Shown: positions 44,954 to 52,675 of the stretch, one piece after another | Layout: the number at the start of each line of letters is the position of its first letter | Numbering within the stretch: the stretch's first letter is position 1 | From: Anaerolineae bacterium clx_CAG2 | GTDB lineage: Bacteria; Chloroflexota; Anaerolineae; JAAEKA01 | Length of the DNA stretch: 56,414 bases | Direction: 5' to 3' | Assembly (NCBI GenBank): GCA_014155705.1 | Contig: JAAEKA010000039.1 | Span: forward strand, 1-56,414 | Translations under genes and position numbers: made by a program | The notes under the pieces: model-generated | What the model was told of the DNA's origin: nothing | The model's database searches: none | The model's input: the letters and a program-made list of their open reading frames with translations, nothing else

Positions 44954-46456
44954 TCAGACTTGTTGGTCAGACGATTGACTAATGACGGTCAAGATTTCCT
45001 TGCAGTACCCCTCTGCCAATTGGCGTTCGTATTCTTGAAGCATCCAATCCCTATTGTGAGCAAGCGGATTCCTAAATTTGGCAAGCAACGTCGAACGTTG
45101 ATCCCAGTAATTCTTGTCTTTTCCGAAGAAGGGTTGGTAGATGTTCCAGGCAGCAAAGATGATTGCGAAAAGATCCCGCGGGTAGGTGAAATCGAGGAGA
45201 TTCCTTGATGCACGACTTCCGAAGGCTATCTCCTCTTTCTGCTGTGCTTGCCGACAACTGTCAAATGTTGCCCGTAGATTGGGATGGGCCTTTTCCATCT
45301 TCGAAACCCACTGATCACCATGCTGTTTGTTCATGGTGTTGGTGATTAGCCGCCTCAACGCGAGTTCAGTCTCTTTCCAGAGAGGCCATAGGTCGACCTG
45401 TCGCTCAATCAGCCTAAGATACGTCTGAAAATGGGGTGAAAATGCTGCATATGTATCTCCCGTTGTTGGATGTATTAGTCCGTAGCGCTGGAATTCTTCG
45501 ACTTCACTTTGCTTCACGTCATAAACAGGTCCGAAGAGAATCTGAAGTAGCTTCTCAAGAGTATAGTCTTCCCTTAGCAAATCAACCATTCGGTCATACT
45601 GGTCCAGGAATGAGTGTTCTAAATCCTCAGCCACACTATCCATCTGTATGCGTCCAGTCAAGCGATACTGTTCAACCATCTCGTAGCCAAGCATCTCAAG
45701 GAGAAAGGGATGACCACCCGCATAGAATCGCATCATGGCTCTTGTTTCATCGTTAAGAGCAATACCAATCGACCCGAGACGAGAAATTAGAAGATCAACG
45801 TCTGACTCCGTGAACATGCCAAGGTAGTGCTTGTGAAAAATACCGTCCAGCGTAGAAATCGCTTGCGTCTGAAGTTCAATATCACGGATTGAGCGACGAG
45901 ATGCTGTGATCAACGTCACTCGCCATTCTGGACGGTACGAAAGTTCGCGCAGACCTTGAAATCCTGAAATATCACCTTTGAACAGATGACGAGCATGGTC
46001 AAATTCGTCCAGAATAAACCAGACTCTTATGCCATCTAGTCGAACTTTCTCAAAGAATCGCTCTATACGAGCATACCCTCCGCTCCAAGATGCATCATCC
46101 TTTAGAGCGCGATCGGCAACCCGCTGGATTGGTGTAGATAGGCGATCAAGGTCCTCTAGCTCATCGGTACAGCGAACAACCATGGATTGAAAGAATTGTG
46201 CCGAGGAGTCATATTTCGCTAAGTTGATCCAGATGGGAACGATACTCCGTTGGTGCAGGTCGTGCTTGCGTTCCATTATGGATTTGTAAAGCAAACTGCT
46301 CTTGCCTATACGAGGCTCTCCGATGATTGCCAGATTGCCAGCTTCGATTGGACGAATCACTCTGTTTTCCACCACTCGCAGGTCTGATTCGCGGCCAATG
46401 AAGCGATCTTGGTGAACAATGATGCCGTAGTCTGAAAAAGGATTCTCGATATTCAT
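44954..46456 (-). CDS. P-loop NTPase (AAA_16/ATPase_2, STAND-like) with C-terminal HEPN-like (Swt1-type Rx4H) domain
   Basis: ATG 46454-46456 lies 11 nt after the upstream stop, with AGGAAG between. FIGRESDL...IIGEPRIGKSSLL (Walker A), VWFILDEFDH (Walker B), C-terminal LLAKFRNPLAHNRDW (Rx4H). Confidence 0.7.
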   Translation of the reverse strand: MNIENPFSDYGIIVHQDRFIGRESDLRVVENRVIRPIEAGNLAIIGEPRIGKSSLLYKSIMERKHDLHQRSIVPIWINLAKYDSSAQFFQSMVVRCTDELEDLDRLSTPIQRVADRALKDDASWSGGYARIERFFEKVRLDGIRVWFILDEFDHARHLFKGDISGFQGLRELSYRPEWRVTLITASRRSIRDIELQTQAISTLDGIFHKHYLGMFTESDVDLLISRLGSIGIALNDETRAMMRFYAGGHPFLLEMLGYEMVEQYRLTGRIQMDSVAEDLEHSFLDQYDRMVDLLREDYTLEKLLQILFGPVYDVKQSEVEEFQRYGLIHPTTGDTYAAFSPHFQTYLRLIERQVDLWPLWKETELALRRLITNTMNKQHGDQWVSKMEKAHPNLRATFDSCRQAQQKEEIAFGSRASRNLLDFTYPRDLFAIIFAAWNIYQPFFGKDKNYWDQRSTLLAKFRNPLAHNRDWMLQEYERQLAEGYCKEILTVISQSSDQQV

Positions 46457-46467
46457 GTTCGCTTCCT

Positions 46468-49400
46468 TTACTGGTGAGCTACCAGCCATTCCTTAAAGAT
46501 GCCCACCCTCACGCGGTAGTATTGACCTCGCTCCCGGTCGACGACCTCTCGCTTTACTAGATCATCAAGGATAAGGTCAATGGGCGTGTGGGTCTCGCAG
46601 ACCAAACTGCTACGACTGCAGGGGCCAACCTGACTATTCGCTGCCATAGCTGTTAGAACCTTGATGACATCATCATCGCCTATGGCGTCTCTAGAAGTGT
46701 CCCCAGAACTTATCAGATTGTCGAACTTGTCTAGGCTAAGCGCATTCACACCTGATATGAGATCACTTTTCAACTGATCCACATCTGCATCGGTTATCAC
46801 GCGAGCCCGCTTTCGATTCATGTACTCGACCAATCGATTACACACGATTTGAATGTAAAAGGGACTCCCTGCAGTCAAATCAAGAATCCTCTCAATTGCT
46901 CGCTCTCGATATCGGCTTTCGTCTTGTTTACCTGCAATCCGTATCGGCTCATCGATCAATCGGGTCGCGTCCTCAGGTCTTAAGTAGCTGACCCGTTCAT
47001 CTTGTGTGGTACCGAATTCATTGGGGAACTTCTGCTTGAACTTTGGCATTACGTCCTGCCCGGCTAGAACTGCGCTGAAGTATCCCTCTTGCAGAAGAGC
47101 TTTCCAGTTCTTCATGAACGATTCCGGTAGGGTCCCTTGGACTATTTGACTGTAGATGTACGAAAACTCATCAATCAAAAGCACAACCCGCGTGTTCTGC
47201 CAAGCCGTACTTCTTGCAGTCTCACGCTTAAAACGATCGAACACATCCTTGAAGAGCATTAGTGGGCTTGGATGTCCGTAAAACTCCTGGTCTTTTGGAA
47301 TCAAAATATCTAGCTCAGGACGGCCAGACTCCACAGCATCCTCAATGGCATACGTGAGTTTTGAGAGAATGCTTTTCAGTATTTGATAGAGTAACGGTGT
47401 CGAGGAGTGTTCATCAAGGATCGATCCAATGTTACCGACGTCGAGAATGAGCATGAAAGGATCTGACTGCAGCCGGATTTTGAGATGATGGAGAATTGAC
47501 GATTTTCCTGCCCGCTTTTGGCCGAAGATGACCACACATTTGCTTTGACTAGATGATTTCTGAATAGCGCTAGACACATTTTCAATTAACTCATCTCGTC
47601 CAAAGAACATCAGAGGGTCGCCCACAACTCCACCTTCGGCGTAAGCTGCATACGGATTCTCGATTTCCTCAAAGTCTGCTTCTGAGTAAAGCCTAATTGA
47701 GAAGTTGCTCATAGAAGATTGCGCTATGCGATCGGAACGCGTGCTATATTGAGCGTAAACCGGCATCGAGAAAGCCTGGGCTTCAAATGCTGCTTCAGTC
47801 ACACGCAAAGGTACGCGAAGAATCTGTTGATCACCTCCGCGTAAGGAGCGATTCAGTTGGATCTCAGGAATATCGACGTAGAACAAATCTGCGTCTTCCT
47901 GTATCACAAGTTCGAGCGACTCTGCTGGACTGCAGCCCAGTCGATTGCTGGCAACAATTTGAACCTCAATGTGTTGACTGGAATCTGGAATATAAGACTC
48001 GACCGCTAATCTTAAGGAGACTTGTGGAGTACTTCGCTCATATAGCTCCCGTAACCATGTTTCCGTTTTTCCTTGCACGACTTGAACAACTGGATGTAGT
48101 TCCTCGATTGAGAGTTTGGTTGGGTTATCCGCAATCTCTTTCAGCATATCTTGGCACCGACTGGCAATCTGAATACACAGACGTTCCTGCTCTTCAAATG
48201 AAATCTGCTTGCATAGATCAAGATTCATCTCCAAGACTTGAAGTATCTGGCGAGTACGCTGCTGATCTAGGTCGAGAAAAAGCCTTGGAATCAGTCCTGT
48301 CAGTCGCTTGATGGCGTCCTCGAGATAGGCAGTTGTCAGTTCCATGTGGTTTTGGAGAAAGCGAATCTCGCTTTGTACGCTGCGAAGTTCATCGATATTC
48401 CTTCGCACCAATTCATTCCAAAGACTCACGAAATCTTCAAGGCGTTTGAGTGGTGTCCGAGGCACCACACCATAGGACTTTAGATACTCCATAGCTAGCG
48501 CCTGAATAGTGTCTTTACTGTAGAGCCGGCTAAGGACTTTGTCAGCAGCGTAACGGCTTCGGGACACTAGATGCGCAATTGCGCCAAAAGCAAGATCACG
48601 TTGAGGGTGTTGCATCACGATTCGTTCGATGGCATGGTCGATGGTGGGAATCGTAGGGGTCATTGGAACAGAAGCTGGCCCTAATGCCACAAACAAATAT
48701 CTAACTAACGCGTTCACGGCGTCTTGTTCATCCCCCTTACTTCGACTTTGAACCGTATCATATCGATCATAGGACGTCAAAGCCTCACAGTAAAACTCAC
48801 GTGCTACATCAGGATGTCGTCCCACAATCACAGATGCATCGCCTCTGGAGGCAAAAGCACGACACAGGTATTTGTAGAATTCCCCGGATTGCTCTCCCTC
48901 TTCGGTCATTAGGGATATGAGCTTGGCAGCAGAGAGATAGTAGCCGGCTCGTTCAAGCGGTACCTTGGTACCAAGTTTCGTAGCTAGGTCTTCCAACTGC
49001 TGAACATGACTGCGCCTGAACTGGCCTCTTTGGACTATTTCAGGTGGAACGCCCTTGAAATCGCATTGATCTAGATAAAAGCGAACGAACCTACTGACTT
49101 CGCTCGAAAAACCTAGCAACGTTGACTGAATTATGATGTCGATTTGGGACGACTGACCAGTTGCCTGTGCTTGGCCAATTGCCTCCAAAACGCGAGCGGC
49201 TTGGTCGTCAGGGGATTGGTCCAGAACTCTTCGGAGACGCTTTTCAGCTTCGCCATATCGTCCCTGTTTGAAGAGGCAAATGGCGATGTTGGTTTGCACA
49301 TTGACGTTAGAAGGGTCAAGCTTCTGCAATTGCGTCAGAATCTTCTCAGCTTCAAGATATTGCTCAAGTTGCATGTAGCAATATCCGATTTGCCACATAA

Positions 49401-51330
49401 TGGGTCCCTTTTGAGCGGCAGTCTGAAGGGAACTGAGTTTCTGATTCAATAGATTGATAGCTTCAGCATGCTGACCAGAACTCTGATAGAAGGTGATCAA
49501 CAGGTTGTTAACTTTTTGTGGTTCTGATATCTTGCTCCGATGCCTGAGCAAGATATTGATAGCATCCTGAGGGCGGCCCTGTTGAGCATATACGTTTGCG
49601 AGATCCTTGACTGCGCTCGCGACGTTGTCACCTTGCTGGATTGCCTGTTCAAAGAGATGAGACGCTCGTTCCAGATCTCGCTCTATGAGTTGCACTCGCT
49701 TGGCACGTGCATAAGGATTGGAGCCTTTGGGAACACCAACTATTCTTGCATTCTCGCGCCAAGTCGCATACAGGCTTTGAGCATTTGGATAGTCGGGTTC
49801 GAGAGCTAGTACCTGTCGAATGTTGGCGATGGCTACTGGGTATTCACCTTCGCTGGCGGATTTCACGGCTAACTCGAACCGTTCTTGGACGGACCGGTTG
49901 ATTGAGACATCGACTGCCAACATGCCTCTTGGCGACTGCGCTTTTCTGAACACTATCGGGATGCTATCGCCGGGTTTCATATTAGACAACTTGGCGAGAA
50001 GGTCACTGTCAGTTATTGCACTCCTATGAAAAAAGTAGTTCCCCTCAACCTGATCACGAAGAAACCCATAGTTGCGATCTGGAAGGTATTTGTACACATA
50101 CCCCGATATTAGCTTTGACTGCGGAGTAGGCTCAGGGTTGGGTGGGTTTTTCAGAGATTGTGTCTCGTTCTCCGCTCTTAGAAAATCTTCGGATGGCGAA
50201 ATCTGTAGTCCACGTATACCATCTTGAGCCAGTACTGTCGCTGGCTTACCTTGTAGTGCCAGCTCCGCGATTCTGCGAGCATCCTCATCATGTTTCTGTC
50301 TTAGCAATAGATAGATGGTCGTATCTCTCAGAAGCTGAGCTTCGTTCTCTGAGAATTCTATCTGAGGCTTTTTTAGCCAATCGAACACCCGTGACTGAAT
50401 CTGGTGGCGGTCAATCAAGCGAACGAAGACATACCAACAGTCTTCATCATTAATTGCGGCTCCCGAAGTGTAATACCGCAACAGCGAAACGCAGGCTAGA
50501 GGCTCCAACTGCCTTTGCATTGAAGCAGATGCCAGATTGTACCAATCATCCGAGGTATCAGAAATGAGTGCTGCGCTGCGGTACTCATACAAGGCCTTGT
50601 CAAGATTACCATTCAGCCAGTAGGCATACCCCAAGACGCGATGGACCGGTGCAGATTCGGGATGTAGTTCCTCAAGGGCTTCAAGCTCAGTGATAATCGG
50701 TTGAATCCTCCCAAACTTGGGATGAGTCTCGTTCACTCTCGATGCGTAGGCAAACTTCTCCCTGGCGCGGTTCCATATCTTCTCTGCATCATGCCTATGA
50801 CTGCCTTGGAACTCACTTGATGGCATGACGAAGTCAACAGGCTTCACGTTGATGCCCGCTGATTGTGTTCTGGCATCGAACCGCGCCTCAATGCCAAGCA
50901 GCATTCTGAGAACATCTGGGTTGGGCACGGGTTGGATTTCTGAAGATGGGGTCAATTGCGTAACCCGCCCTGGGACAGGCACCAAGCTCTTAGCAGGTCC
51001 GTTTCCAGCAAGTTTGCTCTCAGCAGGTTCGTCTTCGACAGGTCCGCTTTCAGCAGATTTCTCTTTGACAGGTCTGCTTTCAGCAGGTTCCTCATGATTC
51101 GTCTCAGTAGGCAATAACTCTTGAGCGCCTTCAGTGACCGGGTGTCGTATAATCTCCCATGCACCAATCATCGTCGTGATGATAGTGGTGGGTGAGCCAT
51201 TACGCTCTAGTGTGACGTGTTCACGTCCAATTTCAACCAGGGTACCGCTGATTTCTCGACCATTTGTCAGAGTGAAAACGACTTCGCTCTCCAACGGTAC
51301 TTGGCGCTGAATTGTACTGCTGATGCTCAT
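46468..51330 (-). CDS. 1620-aa multidomain protein: beta-rich N-terminus, acidic decapeptide repeats, TPR-like repeats, cold-shock domain, TPR repeats, long helical region, C-terminal P-loop NTPase + wHTH-like end
   Basis: Single uninterrupted ORF. CSD: ISGYVYKYLPDRNYGFLRDQVEGNYFFHRSAI. TPR-like A/Y/L periodicity (e.g. AINILLRHR...AEAINLLNQ...YLEAEKILTQLQKLDP). NTPase: FFGRDELIENV...VVIFGQKRAGKSSILHHL and VVLLIDEFSYI. Confidence 0.75.
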   Translation of the reverse strand: MSISSTIQRQVPLESEVVFTLTNGREISGTLVEIGREHVTLERNGSPTTIITTMIGAWEIIRHPVTEGAQELLPTETNHEEPAESRPVKEKSAESGPVEDEPAESKLAGNGPAKSLVPVPGRVTQLTPSSEIQPVPNPDVLRMLLGIEARFDARTQSAGINVKPVDFVMPSSEFQGSHRHDAEKIWNRAREKFAYASRVNETHPKFGRIQPIITELEALEELHPESAPVHRVLGYAYWLNGNLDKALYEYRSAALISDTSDDWYNLASASMQRQLEPLACVSLLRYYTSGAAINDEDCWYVFVRLIDRHQIQSRVFDWLKKPQIEFSENEAQLLRDTTIYLLLRQKHDEDARRIAELALQGKPATVLAQDGIRGLQISPSEDFLRAENETQSLKNPPNPEPTPQSKLISGYVYKYLPDRNYGFLRDQVEGNYFFHRSAITDSDLLAKLSNMKPGDSIPIVFRKAQSPRGMLAVDVSINRSVQERFELAVKSASEGEYPVAIANIRQVLALEPDYPNAQSLYATWRENARIVGVPKGSNPYARAKRVQLIERDLERASHLFEQAIQQGDNVASAVKDLANVYAQQGRPQDAINILLRHRSKISEPQKVNNLLITFYQSSGQHAEAINLLNQKLSSLQTAAQKGPIMWQIGYCYMQLEQYLEAEKILTQLQKLDPSNVNVQTNIAICLFKQGRYGEAEKRLRRVLDQSPDDQAARVLEAIGQAQATGQSSQIDIIIQSTLLGFSSEVSRFVRFYLDQCDFKGVPPEIVQRGQFRRSHVQQLEDLATKLGTKVPLERAGYYLSAAKLISLMTEEGEQSGEFYKYLCRAFASRGDASVIVGRHPDVAREFYCEALTSYDRYDTVQSRSKGDEQDAVNALVRYLFVALGPASVPMTPTIPTIDHAIERIVMQHPQRDLAFGAIAHLVSRSRYAADKVLSRLYSKDTIQALAMEYLKSYGVVPRTPLKRLEDFVSLWNELVRRNIDELRSVQSEIRFLQNHMELTTAYLEDAIKRLTGLIPRLFLDLDQQRTRQILQVLEMNLDLCKQISFEEQERLCIQIASRCQDMLKEIADNPTKLSIEELHPVVQVVQGKTETWLRELYERSTPQVSLRLAVESYIPDSSQHIEVQIVASNRLGCSPAESLELVIQEDADLFYVDIPEIQLNRSLRGGDQQILRVPLRVTEAAFEAQAFSMPVYAQYSTRSDRIAQSSMSNFSIRLYSEADFEEIENPYAAYAEGGVVGDPLMFFGRDELIENVSSAIQKSSSQSKCVVIFGQKRAGKSSILHHLKIRLQSDPFMLILDVGNIGSILDEHSSTPLLYQILKSILSKLTYAIEDAVESGRPELDILIPKDQEFYGHPSPLMLFKDVFDRFKRETARSTAWQNTRVVLLIDEFSYIYSQIVQGTLPESFMKNWKALLQEGYFSAVLAGQDVMPKFKQKFPNEFGTTQDERVSYLRPEDATRLIDEPIRIAGKQDESRYRERAIERILDLTAGSPFYIQIVCNRLVEYMNRKRARVITDADVDQLKSDLISGVNALSLDKFDNLISSGDTSRDAIGDDDVIKVLTAMAANSQVGPCSRSSLVCETHTPIDLILDDLVKREVVDRERGQYYRVRVGIFKEWLVAHQ
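49736..49785 (+). repeat. Internal copy of the 50-bp sequence that also forms the last 50 bp of the window
   Basis: ccaactattcttgcattctcgcgccaagtcgcatacaggctttgagcatt is identical at 49736-49785 and 56365-56414, in the same orientation. Confidence 0.9.
51007..51096 (-). repeat. Three degenerate 30-bp tandem repeats encoding xxxPAESxPV-like decapeptides
   Basis: Units 51007-51036, 51037-51066 and 51067-51096 translate on the minus strand to HEEPAESRPV / KEKSAESGPV / EDEPAESKLA. Confidence 0.75.
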
Positions 51331-51333
51331 TGC

Positions 51334-51684
51334 TCATGTTCCTTTCATTTGTGTGCGAGCAATCGCATGTTCGATTTCATCTTGAGGAGTTTTGCGTCTT
51401 CGCCACACACCCTCCCCACCGCGCACCCACAAGAACCGCCGCACTTTATGCCGCGCGGCCAGTTCCACATCGACCGCGCACTTCTCGACGACGCGCGCCG
51501 GCCACAGGGCCAACGCCAGGCTCAGGTGATCGTAGTCGCCACGCGCCAGCTCGGACCAGCGGCCGCCCCCCAGGTCCATGCCGTACTCGTGCTGCAACTG
51601 GCGCGTGAACTCCTCGCTCAGCGGCGAGCGCGCGTCAGCCACAAAACGAGCCAAGCGGTTGCGGGTGGGTTGATCGAAGGGCAT
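51334..51684 (-). pseudogene. Truncated/chimeric ORF; N-terminus resembles the helical N-terminus of type IIG / BREX PglX-like methyltransferases
   Basis: MPFDQPTRNRLARFVADARSPLSEEFTRQLQHEYGMD... is GC-rich. The last ~23 codons (KTPQDEIEHAIARTQMKGT) are encoded by the A/T-rich cassette edge, so the ORF crosses a composition junction near 51390-51405. The family resemblance is from memory only. Confidence 0.3.
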
Positions 51685-51783
51685 GGGAAATGGTTAATGG
51701 TGAATCGGTAACGGTTAATGGTTAATTGGGTGAATGGCTGACTTGGTGATTGGCGCTTGTGATCCTCTACCTGCTGCAACTGC

Positions 51784-52615
51784 TCACGCTTCACGCTTCA
51801 CTGCCCTCTGCCTACTGCCCGTCAGGATAATATCACCAGCCACGCTGTACTGCAAGGTCGGGATCTGGCTGAGGTTGCGCTGGCTGGCCCAGAGCTTGAC
51901 GGCGTTGGCGACGTGGCGGTTGGCGTCCTGGACGGTGATGAAGCCCTTGCTGTCGCGGTCGGCCGCGCTGGCCAGGGCCTCCAGCAGGTAGTGGGTGAGA
52001 ACGCTGCGCTCGCGCGGGCGCCATTCGTAGCTGACCCGGCCCTGCTTGCACGAGGCCAGGATGGCCATGCCCTCGGCCTGCTCGAAGACGCGCTGGATGA
52101 ACTCCGGCGTCATGGGCTGCGGCCCCTTCTGGCCGATGTCCGCGCCCGAGTGGCAGGCGTCCAGCAGCAGCACCTTGGCCCGGGCCGGCGCAGCCTCCAT
52201 GATCTGCTTGACGCGCGTCACGAAGACGGCCGTGTCGCCCAGCACCAGATGTCGGCCATCGCGCGCCACCAGCTAGCTCTCGCCGCCGGCCGCATCGCCG
52301 TGGCCGCTGTAATAGACCAGCAGCAGGTCATCCCGCTCCGTGGCACCGGCGATGGCTTGCAGCGCGGCCAGGATGTTGGCGCGTGTCGGCTTCTCCTCCG
52401 TGTTGTCAGTGACAAGGCGGATACGCGCCGGGTCGAAGCCGCCCGCGATCATGCCCTCGCGCGTCGCTTCCACGTCCTGGACGCAGACCTGGAGGGGGCT
52501 GAGCGCTGGCAGCCTTGTATTCCTCCAGCATGGCTTGGCGCTGGTCTTCCAGCGTTTGGCGCTTGATCTGGGCGAAGGATGAACTGGCGGGTGCGTTATT
52601 CACGGCTGGCGTCAA
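51784..52615 (-). pseudogene. Caspase-like (peptidase C14) gene disrupted by an in-frame TAG and an upstream frameshift
   Basis: 52273..52473 (…DDLLLVYYSGHGDAAGGES) and 51784..52269 (LVARDGRHL…VLLLDACHSGAD…) are in the same frame, separated only by TAG 52270-52272. His (YSGHG) and Cys (DACHSG) dyad motifs are present. The N-terminal coiled-coil-like ORF 52406..52615 is in another frame. Confidence 0.65.
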
Positions 52616-52675
52616 TCCTGGCTGGCTATAATACCACTTGGTGCGGGAGATGCAACCGCTGCCAAATGGGGCGCG

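Larger units (their letters stand above)
44919..51390 (-). other. Low-GC, probably horizontally acquired two-gene cassette
   Basis: Codon usage changes visibly to A/T-rich third positions across both genes and reverts to the GC-rich style on both sides. No integrase or transposase is seen. Boundaries are approximate. Confidence 0.6.

Noticed and set aside
25931-51096. The 30-bp tandem repeats at 25.9-26.05 kb and 51.0-51.1 kb as possible CRISPR arrays.
   Set aside because: The units are contiguous without spacers and lie in frame inside ORFs, encoding decapeptide repeats. No cas genes are present in the window.
19617-52272. Possibility that the two in-frame TAG codons (19617-19619 and 52270-52272) reflect amber recoding (e.g. 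pyrrolysine or reassignment).
   Set aside because: TAG terminates many well-defined genes in this same window (stops at 10161, 12260, 13718, 15563, 18278, 20264, 30184). No pyl-type genes are seen. Nonsense mutation or sequencing error is the simpler explanation.
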